DNA from: a virus
Taxonomy: Duplodnaviria > Caudoviricetes
IMG/VR virus record: IMGVR_UViG_3300036719_002132
Coordinates: 1-44,494 of that record
Direction: 5' to 3' (one strand)
DNA length: 44,494 nt
The number at the start of each line of letters is the position of its first letter. The first letter of the stretch is position 1. The notes beneath the pieces are model-generated. The model ran no database searches, was not told the DNA's origin, and saw only the letters and a list, made by a program, of their open reading frames with translations. The translations under genes were made by a program, and so were the position numbers. Below, in pieces: positions 8,747-18,874 of the stretch.

Positions 8747-9815
8747 GGTCTTCTAGAATCTTTGTAGCCCTATCGATAAGATTATCGGGGAAATTATTTG
8801 CAATGGCGATCTCTTTGACAGCCTTAATTTGTTCTTTTTGATCGATAGACTTCTTCAGCCAAGCTTGGAATATTTCGCCAGAGTTCTCTTCTAAGAACAT
8901 ATCCGAGAAGTCGTTTTTAACTGGCAGTCTGATCTCAAGCTTGGCCGGATCGAATACGGAGCATAGTTGGAGGTACGCTTTGCATGCAGATACGAGTCCA
9001 TGATTCGTTTCGGACTGAGAATCGTTGTTATAGGCAATCGTGATCTTCTCAACGTCGAGAGAAAGCAGAGCCGAGCATACCTTTGACGAGATCCCCAAGC
9101 CAAAGGTTACAATGTTATTCTTGTGGCCGTTTTCGAAAAGAGCCATGCTATCACCGACGCTTTCGACGATGAAAACTCGCTTCGATTGCTCGACTGCCTC
9201 TTTCACTTCCTCAATTCCGTTTCGCTTTACATATAGCGGATATACCCAACTAGCTCGCTTGCCCAAATGCTTCCACTTGGGAAACTCCGAAGACTTGTCC
9301 CAAAAAATGGCACGACCAGAGAACCCATGAATCTGACCGTATTGATTGTATATCGGAAAAACGATGCGCCGAAACATTTGACCGTTCGTAGCGTATCCGC
9401 ACTTGTAAAATTGAAGCGTTGCATCTGAGATATTTTTCTTGTGATAAAAATCCAAATGGGGCAAGAGGTTTTCTAACAGAGACTCTGGGTATATCTTTTC
9501 CATTTCGATTCTTTCTGTTACTTCGGCATGTATTATATTCTGATGATCGAACTTCGTATACTTATTTATTACATGAGTATCTTTAGTATCTAACGTAAGT
9601 TCGACCAGTCTTTGAAAAGGATAGCTCCTTGAGCCGCCCTCTGCATAGTCGGTCCACACGCCGCTATTCTTGTAGATCTTTAGAGCCGTTGAGTTATCGC
9701 CTCCGCGATAGATCGCACAGGCTCTCCAATAGCTACCGTAATCCTTCAGCTTGTAGCCAAGCGACTCTAGCGAACCCTTAAGAATAAGAGGATCAACTAT
9801 TGAAATTTGGGACAT
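8739..9815 (-). CDS. dnaG: DnaG-like DNA primase
   Basis: RIVFPIYN..GQIHGFSGR, PKWKH, TOPRIM VFIVESVGD...IAYNND...NDFSD; adjacent to DnaB; start set at MSQI. Confidence 0.85.
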   Translation of the reverse strand: MSQISIVDPLILKGSLESLGYKLKDYGSYWRACAIYRGGDNSTALKIYKNSGVWTDYAEGGSRSYPFQRLVELTLDTKDTHVINKYTKFDHQNIIHAEVTERIEMEKIYPESLLENLLPHLDFYHKKNISDATLQFYKCGYATNGQMFRRIVFPIYNQYGQIHGFSGRAIFWDKSSEFPKWKHLGKRASWVYPLYVKRNGIEEVKEAVEQSKRVFIVESVGDSMALFENGHKNNIVTFGLGISSKVCSALLSLDVEKITIAYNNDSQSETNHGLVSACKAYLQLCSVFDPAKLEIRLPVKNDFSDMFLEENSGEIFQAWLKKSIDQKEQIKAVKEIAIANNFPDNLIDRATKILEDLG

Positions 9816-11313
9816 CGTCTTGCTCACGATTTCTTTCTAGTGTTGTTTGCCCTGTATCAATCGAGTTAACGATATCGCGCAGATCGCCGCGCTCCTTAAT
9901 ATCGAAGTTCTCAAATTGAAGATTAATAAAATTCTTTTTAAGCGTTCCGTCTTGGAGTCTAACTAGTTCTACCGCGCCAGCTACGTCTGCTCCCAAGAAG
10001 CGATTCTTTACGAAAATGAGCTTATGAGAGCCAAACGATGGACCTTCTTCTTGCCGTTCATCCGCCGTTTTGGGACGCAAAATGGCCATATGACTGCAAT
10101 AATGCGTGATTCGATCAGACATAGAAACGATACTTTCGTCATCGTTTATGGCGTCAGAGTTTCTATTTGTGCTGATGCCAGCCCTGTTTGACTGGATAGA
10201 GGTAAACATCGAGATCATTGGCTTCTGATCTTGAACGATGTCGCGCTGGATGGTCTTTTTGAACCGATTCAGCATGTCACCGATAACTTGCCATTCTGGT
10301 TTGTTGCCATCGGCATCGGCAGACGGCTTGATGTAGTCGAAGCTAAAGATCATCTGATTACCGCGCCCGATCTTCGAATAGTAAAAACGCTTCAAGTTAT
10401 TTACCATCTGATCGGTCGTCATTCCACCAACATTGTAGTAGTAGAACTTGAGGTTCTTGATCTTTTTCCAAGTGGAGCGAACGCGCTCAACAACATCTTC
10501 TCCAGCCTTGCGCCAAAGCCCAGTCTCCAGAAGATGCATCGGAACGTGACTAAGAGCCGCACACTGACGCATAATGACTTCCTCTTTGCTCATTTCGCCA
10601 TTGTCAAAGTGAAGAACAGGAACGTCGTACTGAGCCGAAACCTTCGTCGTATAATTTAGGGCTAGAAGGGTTTTTCCAACGCCAGATCGAGCGACGATAA
10701 CAGTAATGTTACCGGGGCGCAAAAGAGACCCATAAATCTTATTAACAGTGGGAAACGGTCCCATGAGACCAAATTCAGTAATAGGGTTGTTGCCGCGCTC
10801 TTCGACGACGCTCTCCATCTCTTCAAAGATGTTAACGGGCTTTTCTTCATTGTTCTCATAAATATTGATGATCTTGTTAAAAGTTGTATCGGCTTCTTCG
10901 ATGATTGTTTGATAAGAAGAGTCTGGTGCGATCTTCTTCATCTTCTCGGCTACTTCCAAGGCGGAAGCGTGAATCGACCGACGAATCGAATACTTCTTAA
11001 CCTCCTTTGCCGCTAGAACCGCCGTGTTCTTGTTCGTCTTCCGAACCGCGAGAGAACGAAGGTAGTCGAATATATCAATGTTATCCTTAAACGAAATGCC
11101 GATTTCCTTGATTCTCTGTGCGATGATAATCTCATCGGCCTTCTCATTGGACTCGATGCACTTTTTGAGGATATGATAAATCGTCTTGTGAACGATTGTG
11201 TCTTCCGAGTAAAAGTCAACCTCGGAAATAAAATCACAGATTTCTGAGTAAGCCTCGGGATGTTGAATGAGGCCAGCTAGAAACTGCTTTTCGACTTCTA
11301 GTGAATAAAGCAT
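9793..11313 (-). CDS. dnaB: DnaB-like replicative helicase
   Basis: N-domain SLEVEKQFLAGL/DFY/HKTIY; Walker A ARSGVGKT; GEMS; FDYI; VKNR. Confidence 0.93.
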   Translation of the reverse strand: MLYSLEVEKQFLAGLIQHPEAYSEICDFISEVDFYSEDTIVHKTIYHILKKCIESNEKADEIIIAQRIKEIGISFKDNIDIFDYLRSLAVRKTNKNTAVLAAKEVKKYSIRRSIHASALEVAEKMKKIAPDSSYQTIIEEADTTFNKIINIYENNEEKPVNIFEEMESVVEERGNNPITEFGLMGPFPTVNKIYGSLLRPGNITVIVARSGVGKTLLALNYTTKVSAQYDVPVLHFDNGEMSKEEVIMRQCAALSHVPMHLLETGLWRKAGEDVVERVRSTWKKIKNLKFYYYNVGGMTTDQMVNNLKRFYYSKIGRGNQMIFSFDYIKPSADADGNKPEWQVIGDMLNRFKKTIQRDIVQDQKPMISMFTSIQSNRAGISTNRNSDAINDDESIVSMSDRITHYCSHMAILRPKTADERQEEGPSFGSHKLIFVKNRFLGADVAGAVELVRLQDGTLKKNFINLQFENFDIKERGDLRDIVNSIDTGQTTLERNREQDDVPNFNS

Positions 11314-11564
11314 TAGTCGGTACCGTCTTGTTGATTCAGACTCTCGTCTTCGTTAGAGAGCCACTGTTCAAGAGCTTTCTTAATACCAAGGGAAGTAACT
11401 ACAGAATCGAAACGAGTATAAATCTGAGGCGTGCCCTTCGGTGAGCAAACGCACACGACTACACCCTTAAAGTTTTCCGCGCCGCCAGAGATATCGTAGA
11501 TTTGCTCCACAAGCTCTGTTGGAAAAACAAAGTCACTAGACTTAGTGTCTGATATATCGTTCAT
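11313..11564 (-). CDS. Hypothetical protein
   Basis: ORF coupled to dnaB by a TAATG overlap. Confidence 0.7.
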   Translation of the reverse strand: MNDISDTKSSDFVFPTELVEQIYDISGGAENFKGVVVCVCSPKGTPQIYTRFDSVVTSLGIKKALEQWLSNEDESLNQQDGTD

Positions 11565-11592
11565 AATATGGGTTACTTGTCTAAGATATCGA

Positions 11593-12003
11593 TCACAGAA
11601 TCACTCCGAACTTTTCGAAGAGTTCGACCGACAGTTCGTCATCTTCGTAGATTTCTACGAGCTTGATGTCGTTTGTCAAGCAGAATTCAAGCTTAAGATC
11701 GTCTCTTTTCAACTGAGAGAGCCATTTCATGCGGTCTTTCCCGTGAAAAAATTCATTATAACTCTGGTGCTGCTTACCCTGAACTTCAATTGCAATTTTT
11801 TTGTTTGCGTTGTAAATATCTAAAGAGAGGCGCGTGCCAACGACGCGCATCTCTTCGAACACGATATCGTGCTTCCAATACGGGTAAAGGAAGCGTTTGA
11901 CGCGCCATTGCACCTTACTCTTAGACTTGTTTTCCCAATTTATAGAGTAGTTGCGTGCGTTCTTTAAAAAACGCTTTTTGCCGTTGAGCGTCTTAAACTT
12001 CAT
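11593..12003 (-). CDS. Vsr/DUF559-like PD-(D/E)XK endonuclease
   Basis: EE...LSLDIY...IAIEVQGKQH...RDDLK; start moved to MKFK. Confidence 0.75.
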   Translation of the reverse strand: MKFKTLNGKKRFLKNARNYSINWENKSKSKVQWRVKRFLYPYWKHDIVFEEMRVVGTRLSLDIYNANKKIAIEVQGKQHQSYNEFFHGKDRMKWLSQLKRDDLKLEFCLTNDIKLVEIYEDDELSVELFEKFGVIL

Positions 12004-13147
12004 TTTTCTTTGTGGCAATCATTTCAACAAAGTACTTGTGAAGAAAAGCAACGAGCTTCGGATCGGCCTCGATAGCGGCAAAAAGTGCATGTTCGCCTTG
12101 GAACTTCTCCTCTAGCGAGAGACCGTTTTCCTTAAGAAGTTCAGCTAGCTCGTCGGTGATATTGTACCAAGCACCAGCCTTTGTCACAAGCTCCCAAGTC
12201 AACAGCATATCCACGATCTCCTTCTCTACCCAAACTGACCGACCGTTTGTGCGTCCGTACTTAATTGGATAGGTAAAACGCATCTTGCTCTTCTCATTTG
12301 GACTCTTCTTGATATGAATCTTGCAGTAGTGTCCGATGATTGGGTTCTTGATTGGATCTGGCTTCTTGATAGAAGGATCTTTGAGGATAATGTCTCCTTC
12401 GAAGCGCGGTTCAAATTCGAAGATAAAGTTCGCGAAGTGAAGCAGTGCGTTACCGCCAGTAGCTGACGTTTGCCGAATCGGTGCCGCACTATATGGGTCG
12501 AGCTTAATGTCGCTTCGAACCTGAGAAATAAAGATTGCCATGTGGCCGCGCTTGCTCATGCCGATAGACATGCGCTTCATGAAGTTCGCCGCGATAACTG
12601 CACCACCAGCTACCTTATTTGAGTCCTCGAAAGTCTTATCTAAGTCGCCCTTAGTGATCAATCCGTCTACGGAATCGAGAATGAACATGTACTTATTCTT
12701 CTCCTCGTTGAACTGAACTAGCTGACGCATCGCGTCAACGACCGTTTCGTAGATGTTCGATTCGAAAACGAAACACGTTCCGTCTTCCCACTTATCGGCA
12801 GAGAAGACGAACTTTACCCCAGACCTAGCCATCATATCGTCAGATAGCCGACCTTCTGCTTTGATATAAAAACCCTTTCCCTTCGGAACAGAGTTCAAGA
12901 AGTTGCGCATCACTTCTAGCGCAGCTGATGTTTTGCCGCCTTCTGTAAAGCCAACGAAACGATGGAGACCCGGTCCTAACCCTCCGTTCGTCTGCATATC
13001 TAGGTTCAACGAACCAGTCGATACGCGATAGTTGACGATATCTTCGAAGTTATAGTGATCCTCTTTTGTATTCTTTAAAAAAGAACTTAAAATGTTCTTT
13101 GACGAAGCTGTTTCCTCTTGTGGTTCTTCTTTTGCTTTGCGACTCAT
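11993..13147 (-). CDS. recA: RecA/UvsX-like recombinase
   Basis: VSTGSLNLD..GGL, GFTEGGKT, ILDSVDGL, IFISQVR, TGGNALLHFA, KAGAWY. Confidence 0.9.
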   Translation of the reverse strand: MSRKAKEEPQEETASSKNILSSFLKNTKEDHYNFEDIVNYRVSTGSLNLDMQTNGGLGPGLHRFVGFTEGGKTSAALEVMRNFLNSVPKGKGFYIKAEGRLSDDMMARSGVKFVFSADKWEDGTCFVFESNIYETVVDAMRQLVQFNEEKNKYMFILDSVDGLITKGDLDKTFEDSNKVAGGAVIAANFMKRMSIGMSKRGHMAIFISQVRSDIKLDPYSAAPIRQTSATGGNALLHFANFIFEFEPRFEGDIILKDPSIKKPDPIKNPIIGHYCKIHIKKSPNEKSKMRFTYPIKYGRTNGRSVWVEKEIVDMLLTWELVTKAGAWYNITDELAELLKENGLSLEEKFQGEHALFAAIEADPKLVAFLHKYFVEMIATKKNEV

Positions 13148-13473
13148 GATAGAAAATCCTTAATGGTTTGTTTTGGTTTAGCCTTGAAGTCTTTGCCGAT
13201 CTTTTCCGCTTCGGACAAGTCAGACTTGTGTAGGCTGTTATAGTAAAACTCCTTGAACGCTATTTCAAGGGTCTTTTTGCTAAACTCAGAGTAGTAGAAC
13301 TTTAGCGTTGGGAACTTCTTTTCTGGAGTGAACTGCTCCCAGAAGTCTATGCTGTATTTGCGCTCAAGTCGCTTTAGTATAGCGAGTTCTTGAATTAAGA
13401 AACGCTTATCGAACCCCGTAGGAAACTCGACGAGTTTTTCGAGAATCTTTTTCCTGTTGATCTTCTTTTTCAC
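13144..13473 (-). CDS. Hypothetical basic protein
   Basis: GTG-start ORF with an ATGA overlap to recA and a promoter immediately upstream. Confidence 0.7.
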   Translation of the reverse strand: MKKKINRKKILEKLVEFPTGFDKRFLIQELAILKRLERKYSIDFWEQFTPEKKFPTLKFYYSEFSKKTLEIAFKEFYYNSLHKSDLSEAEKIGKDFKAKPKQTIKDFLS

Positions 13474-13478
13474 GGCTG

Positions 13479-13508
13479 AGATTAGACGCGAAAAACAGAA
13501 AATGTCAA
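13479..13508 (-). promoter_or_regulatory. sigma70-type promoter heading the replication operon
   Basis: TTGACA, 18 nt spacer, TAATCT; 5 nt before the GTG start. Confidence 0.6.
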
Positions 13509-13514
13509 CAGCTA

Positions 13515-13946
13515 TTACGATTTATTTGAGGCCGAGGCTGAACCGAAGTAAAAGCCAGTAATTGCAATAAGACACTCTCTAACTTCTGACGTGATTAAAT
13601 TACCCGTTATTTCTACAAAAGCTTTCCTTGTTTCTGAATTAAAAAATCCAAAAAAGCCGCCGCCGCTTTGATAATCGACTTCAAGATACGTTGGTATGTT
13701 CAGAAGCGACATTATGATCGGAGACACGATCATAGAAAAAATAACAGCGATAACGATAAACTGGCGAACGATTCTGCCTCCGTCCATATCGCGTTTAGCC
13801 GCTTTGTCAGCAGACTCATCGCTTTTATCGATAGCCTGCATCATCCGATTGAATCTATAGCGATTCTCTTCGGATTTAACGGCTATAATCCGAAATATGA
13901 AGCCAGTTAAGGCTCCACCAAACAGACTGAGGAGTTCGGTTGGCAC
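13515..13946 (-). CDS. Holin-like membrane protein
   Basis: Hydrophobic segments (LLSLFGGALTGFIF; FIVIAVIFSMIVSPIIMSLL; LIAITGFYFGS); GFYFG end resembles 3-TM holins; GTGTAAA upstream. Confidence 0.55.
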   Translation of the reverse strand: MPTELLSLFGGALTGFIFRIIAVKSEENRYRFNRMMQAIDKSDESADKAAKRDMDGGRIVRQFIVIAVIFSMIVSPIIMSLLNIPTYLEVDYQSGGGFFGFFNSETRKAFVEITGNLITSEVRECLIAITGFYFGSASASNKS

Positions 13947-13960
13947 AGGTACATACTATT

Positions 13961-14587
13961 TTACACGTCAAAAGCCGCAATCGTAAGCGGAAACTTACCC
14001 GTACCTTTTACTAGCTCAAGCATCTGAGCCGCAATGTCCCGAATCTCTTTTTGAGCTTCTGGCTTGTTGCGCAGATTTAAAAAGTGATAAAATGATCGCC
14101 AATTAAACATTACGTCGGAAGTGATCTGCGTGTTGTACGGACGAAAGAAACGCGCCGATTCCTTAGCTCTCTTTCTATCGAAACCATGATTCTTCACTAG
14201 GTCTTCGATGCATTTGTGGTAGAGGTCTAGACCGCGCTCGGTGTGAGCCTTCATAATCTCACGCCACTCTGCTGGCCAATCTTGCGGAATAATGAACTCG
14301 TCTTCCTTGATTTCCTTGTATCGCGCAGACTCGCCATTAACAGAGACTCCGATACGATGCTTAATAATATGAATATGACTTGCGATATCTGTCTTAATCA
14401 AGAAGTGCAGAGACGACTTTTCGAACGGAGTATGGTGTCCGTTCTCGGCCAGCATCTTTAGAAGGGGACCAACTCGCTCGCGCTTGTCTGCCGTAATTTC
14501 TCGGCTCGTTGATGTCCAAGCGGAGCAGGCGTGGGTCAAGTCATCGCCATAAAATCCGATCAGTTCTACAGTGTTTTCGAAGTTCAT
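13961..14587 (-). CDS. thyX: Flavin-dependent thymidylate synthase
   Basis: GHHTPFE, KHR...GESARY, NWRSFYHFLNLR, AQKEIR. Confidence 0.93.
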   Translation of the reverse strand: MNFENTVELIGFYGDDLTHACSAWTSTSREITADKRERVGPLLKMLAENGHHTPFEKSSLHFLIKTDIASHIHIIKHRIGVSVNGESARYKEIKEDEFIIPQDWPAEWREIMKAHTERGLDLYHKCIEDLVKNHGFDRKRAKESARFFRPYNTQITSDVMFNWRSFYHFLNLRNKPEAQKEIRDIAAQMLELVKGTGKFPLTIAAFDV

Positions 14588-14814
14588 TAGATTACGTTTA
14601 TGTGTAGCTTCTTAGCACGTTTTTCTGCAACGTCAAGCTGTTCGAACGTAAAAGCGTAATCTGTTGAATTGATATTTACGATATAATATTCCGCGTCAGA
14701 GTTCGTGACCTTCTTCTTTGTTTTGAACTTGCGCATACGAAACGGAAAAAAATATCCGATGGCAAAGGTAACTAATCCGTAAACGAAAACGAGCGATGCG
14801 ATGTAAGGGTCCAT
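14587..14814 (-). CDS. Small membrane protein
   Basis: N-terminal hydrophobic helix followed by a basic stretch; TAATG overlap with thyX. Confidence 0.65.
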   Translation of the reverse strand: MDPYIASLVFVYGLVTFAIGYFFPFRMRKFKTKKKVTNSDAEYYIVNINSTDYAFTFEQLDVAEKRAKKLHINVI

Positions 14815-14815
14815 A

Positions 14816-15751
14816 TTATTTAGAGGTTTGAACTAGCGCATTGTAGTTAATCAAAACCTGTGCGTAATAATTGGCGTGAAAGTCGATATTACTAAACATA
14901 TCTGCGTATGTTTTTTGAAGTTCTTTAAGCTGAGAGACTTGCGCAGTTAATTCTTTGCTCATTGCAATGAAGTTGTCGGCTCCAAACTCATCGACGTAAA
15001 TGAATGGCTGAAGCATATCGAAGTAGTGATAGTACCACGATATCTCGTCTTGGTGTGCTGGTGGACGCAAGAAAAGGCAGAAAGAGTTAGATTTCATGGC
15101 CCAAATCAAACGTTCCCAAGAAGTCGTGTTGCCATTGATATTTAAAATGAACTTGTACTTCAGTTGATCGCGAATCGACTCGGGTTCTCCATAGATGCAT
15201 GGGTCGAACGGCTGCTCGACAAAGTTAGAAATCTTAGCGATTACTTCGTCGCTGTTCTGGTACAGTTTGCAGAAGTTTACCCTTTGAACCGTTCCGTCTG
15301 GGTATTTACGACCAGTATCTGACCCTATAAAGCTGATTTTATCAAGTTTTTCGTCAAAGGGTATATCCCAAGATGGGATCATCTCACAAATCGACGATAA
15401 TCGGTTTATATGAGAGTCAGGAACGCAGATGTGGGGGCTTTTTCTTGGTCTGGCAAAACAAAAGCGCGTTTCGACCGCATCGTTCTCTGGGCCATCATTA
15501 AAATTAGCGATGAATCCGAATTTTAAATTGCCTAATTTAAAATGGTCTAAGACTTGTTGAGTAAGCTGCGAAAAGAAGTTTAAGCGAAACGAGTCGATAT
15601 CATCGTTGGCCCGTTCAAGCTTTACCCTAGAATTCGATATCGAGAAGTGGGCCTCGTTCCTTAGAAGCTTGACCGAGAACGGGTCTTTCGGAATATTTAT
15701 TCTCCTAGAGTCTAACTCGTTCAGCAAGCAATACTTAATTAACTTATTCAT
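14816..15751 (-). CDS. Glycosyltransferase family 90 (CAP10-like)
   Basis: WDIPFDEKLDKISFIGSDTG, QLKYKFILNINGNTTSWERL, WYYHY. Confidence 0.75.
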   Translation of the reverse strand: MNKLIKYCLLNELDSRRINIPKDPFSVKLLRNEAHFSISNSRVKLERANDDIDSFRLNFFSQLTQQVLDHFKLGNLKFGFIANFNDGPENDAVETRFCFARPRKSPHICVPDSHINRLSSICEMIPSWDIPFDEKLDKISFIGSDTGRKYPDGTVQRVNFCKLYQNSDEVIAKISNFVEQPFDPCIYGEPESIRDQLKYKFILNINGNTTSWERLIWAMKSNSFCLFLRPPAHQDEISWYYHYFDMLQPFIYVDEFGADNFIAMSKELTAQVSQLKELQKTYADMFSNIDFHANYYAQVLINYNALVQTSK

Positions 15752-16800
15752 TTATAGTTATTTAGATCGCTTTCAGTCATCTTTTTTACAAGCTGCTGAA
15801 ACGACACCTTCGGAACCCAGCCAAGATCTTTTCGCGCAAACGTCGAGTCTCCAAGTAGAATTTCTACCTCGGCTGGACGGAAAAACTTCGGGTCAACGAC
15901 AACTAGGACTTGTTTTGTTCCCATGTGGATAAACTTCTCGTCTAAAGAGCCTGCGTCTCCGACCCAATAACCATCGATGCCAGCCACTTGAAACGCCAAC
16001 GTGACAAACTCACGAACCGTATGAGTTTCATTCGAAGAAAGGACGTATTCCTTTGGCGTAGCGTTGTTCAGCATTAGCCAAACACCTTCAACGAAATCCT
16101 CAGAGTCGCTCCAGTCTCGCTTTGAACTCAAATTGCCAAGGGCAAGCGGCGTTGGTGTTTGGCCGTTACGAAGCTCGGTCTTAAGACGAGCAACGTTCGT
16201 TGTGATCTTGCGAGTAACGAAGTACTCTTGTCTCCTTGGAGATTCGTGATTAAAAAGATAGCCCTGAATCGCAAATATTCCATAAGACTCTCTCCAGACT
16301 TTGATTAGATGACGGCTGGAAGCTTTCGATGCTCCATATGGACTTCTTGGTCTAAGTGGGTGAGTTTCGTCTTGAGGAACAGTTACGACATCGCCAAATT
16401 CTTCAGAACTTCCAGCGTTATAAAAACGACACTTTGGCGCATAATTCTTGATCGCTTCAAGAATATGAAGAACCCCCATCGTATTTACTTGATAGTGTAG
16501 CGCTGGCATTTGCCAAGAATCAGCGACAAATGTTTGCGCTCCGAAGTTTATGAAGTAGTCTGGTTTTTCGTTTTTGATAGTAGTTGTTACTGAGTGAGAA
16601 TCGGTGAGATCAAAATGAACCAGTTTAAAACGTGGATTTGAGTAGTGTCTTGATAGGTATTTGTCGATGATCTGACTAGTTCTACGAATAGCACCTACGA
16701 CATAATGATTTGTATTTTCTAGCAAGTAGTCGATCATGTAAGATCCGTCCTGACCGCTAGCACCAGTAACAATAACCTTCTTATTTGAGAGAGTATCCAT
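15748..16800 (-). CDS. gmd: GDP-mannose 4,6-dehydratase
   Basis: VTGASGQDGSY, AGSSEEFG, PRSPYGASK, LFNHESPRR, FVTRKIT, FRPAEV. Confidence 0.95.
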   Translation of the reverse strand: MDTLSNKKVIVTGASGQDGSYMIDYLLENTNHYVVGAIRRTSQIIDKYLSRHYSNPRFKLVHFDLTDSHSVTTTIKNEKPDYFINFGAQTFVADSWQMPALHYQVNTMGVLHILEAIKNYAPKCRFYNAGSSEEFGDVVTVPQDETHPLRPRSPYGASKASSRHLIKVWRESYGIFAIQGYLFNHESPRRQEYFVTRKITTNVARLKTELRNGQTPTPLALGNLSSKRDWSDSEDFVEGVWLMLNNATPKEYVLSSNETHTVREFVTLAFQVAGIDGYWVGDAGSLDEKFIHMGTKQVLVVVDPKFFRPAEVEILLGDSTFARKDLGWVPKVSFQQLVKKMTESDLNNYK

Positions 16801-17791
16801 TGTATTTTTTAGTTTTGCCGCTAATTAAAGCCTGTATAGAGTTTCTATTTAAAGATTTTTTTCTACAGAATGCAGATATATTTTTGATTTTTACGATATT
16901 ACCATCTGGACAAATTAATTCTACTTCTTTGCCGCGTCTATCGTCTTTTATTTTTTGAAGTTCTGACGCTCCCGCAAACAGTGTCCATCCGCAAAAAGAA
17001 AGTGCCTTTCCATTCAAGAGCTTATAAAAGCCACCTCTTTCTAGCCCGTTATCCTTAGAAAATCTATAGATGTTATCTACTTCGACAATTTCGCCTTTTG
17101 GATTTATAAATTTATAAATTTTAGGTTCGTTTATTTTTATTTCGGTGCCAAACAGCTTCCATCCTTGGCTAGACTTTATTTTTTTATTAGCCATATTATG
17201 AATTGGCTTACTTTTTAATCCTAATTTACGACACCAGTCAGAAATATCTTTTCTTTGCAAAGATACTGCGCTATCATCAAAAATATTTTCAAATCTAAAA
17301 ACTTCAAATGGGCTTTTCTTTATTTTTGCAACGTCATTACAAGTAAGAAAAAATCCTTGTGATGTCTGACTGATTCCAGACACCATATTTAATATTCCAG
17401 AATAGTTTAATTTATTCTTTTTGCAAAATGCACTTAAGTTTTTTACTTTGTAATTGTTTCCATAAAAATCGGCTATCTCGTACTCTTTCACATGAGATGG
17501 ATGCTCGCTTGAGCCGCCTTTTGTAAGATTATATCCATTTGGGACTAAGGATTCATACTGCTTTATATATAGTTTCTCAAGCTCAACTAGTTGATCAAAT
17601 GGCATTTCACCTCTCCATAAGATTTCGTAATCAAAACTATCAATGCCAAATTTCTCGACCGCATTTTTTAAATGTGTACTATGGGTCCATAGATACCATT
17701 TGCCAGAGCAATATCTCGTTTTAAAATCCCATTTGGTTATGCCAACGTAGGATTTTCCGTTAATCTTATTAAAAATTCTATACACCTCCAT
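16781..17791 (-). mobile_element. Free-standing GIY-YIG homing endonuclease with four C-terminal DNA-binding repeats
   Basis: VYRIFNKINGKSYVGIT, LEKLYI, GYNLTKGG; four N(L/I)xxF(C/S)...G(W/F/Y)-type repeats; more AT-rich than its neighbours. Confidence 0.85.
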
Positions 17792-17797
17792 AATACT

Positions 17798-17825
17798 ATT
17801 ATAAAATAGTAATTCGTAGTGTCAA
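17798..17825 (-). promoter_or_regulatory. sigma70 promoter of the endonuclease gene
   Basis: TTGACA, 16 nt spacer, TATAAT; 6 nt before the ATG. Confidence 0.75.
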
Positions 17826-17832
17826 TAAAATA

Positions 17833-18177
17833 TTAACTTTTCTTTTCGAGTACTTTCGATTTTGGAAAGTACTTATTTTGCAGACGAACCTTCATGTTGT
17901 ATCTTTCCATGTTTGAATCGTCCACTTCTTTGGCCGTTATCGATCCGTACCTAGCTTTCTCGACGCAATCAAAAGTTCGCTGGTTGGCTTCAATGAGATC
18001 AAAATACTCTTGCGAGTGGCAAATAATCAAATGCAAATCGTGACCGATCTCATCTCTCAAGTGGTCGTAGCACCTTGCGTATGCAGACTGGCTGTCTCCA
18101 ACGTTGTTGTTGGACTTTACTTGTAAGATCGCCAAGTAGTCGTAAGCGTAACCTTCATCAACCGGAATTGTCGTCAT
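17833..18177 (-). CDS. Hypothetical protein (DUF6165-like, often near glycosyltransferases)
   Basis: Start moved to MTTIPVDEGYAYDYLAILQVK; ...N..R...K..L...F...EKK pattern. Confidence 0.65.
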   Translation of the reverse strand: MTTIPVDEGYAYDYLAILQVKSNNNVGDSQSAYARCYDHLRDEIGHDLHLIICHSQEYFDLIEANQRTFDCVEKARYGSITAKEVDDSNMERYNMKVRLQNKYFPKSKVLEKKS

Positions 18178-18874
18178 GCCAAGTATAGTATTGTGAGTTG
18201 GGGTGGTCGTAGTTCCATTCGGCGGATAAGAATCCATTTCCATCTTTTGGCTGTATAACGACAGTCTTGCAGCCAACGGCAGTGGCCAAATGCTCGTCGC
18301 CAGTATTTGCTCCCATGTAAAATCCGCAGCGGCGCAACAAACAGATATATTTTCCAAGCGGAAGATCGATGAGTTCAATCTCTCTTGTTTCGATTTTGTT
18401 ATCAGAGCTTTGACACACGATTGCGGTGCATCCAGATTCTTGGATCTTTTTTAGATTGGAGAATACAACGTTCTCTGGAAGATTTCTAACTGACGCCCAC
18501 TGCTTAGAGCATGTAGGAACAAAGACGACTGGAGTTCTTTTGTCTTTAAGAAAATCGTAAGCCCAAGCTTCGTCTTCTTTAGAAGAATAAAGAACGAGAG
18601 GTCTGTTATCCATTCCATCTGCTAGTTCGCCAAAAAAGTTTCTTAGCTTTCTTGTGGCGTAGTGTCCTGTGCCGATGTCTTGCAGCGTCTTAATTTCACT
18701 TTGCTCGCATATCTCAACGTCAGCTAATCCTTTGAAAAGGACGCTTAGTCTACTGTTCTTTGGGGTAAGCTGAACAATGAATTGGTTCGGAAAGTACTTG
18801 CAGACTGACGTGAGCAATAAAACATCACCAAGACCTCCCGTTGATGATCCAAATTTAATTTTATCGGAATCCAT
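18158..18874 (-). CDS. Glycosyltransferase family 9 (heptosyltransferase-like)
   Basis: GGLGDVLLLT at the N-terminus; YMGANTGDEHLATAVG. Confidence 0.75.
   Translation of the reverse strand: MDSDKIKFGSSTGGLGDVLLLTSVCKYFPNQFIVQLTPKNSRLSVLFKGLADVEICEQSEIKTLQDIGTGHYATRKLRNFFGELADGMDNRPLVLYSSKEDEAWAYDFLKDKRTPVVFVPTCSKQWASVRNLPENVVFSNLKKIQESGCTAIVCQSSDNKIETREIELIDLPLGKYICLLRRCGFYMGANTGDEHLATAVGCKTVVIQPKDGNGFLSAEWNYDHPNSQYYTWHDDNSG

Noticed and set aside
3749-13147. Inteins or introns in dnaE, dnaB or recA
   Set aside because: Conserved motifs are contiguous; no C/S...HN splice motifs or LAGLIDADG inserts seen
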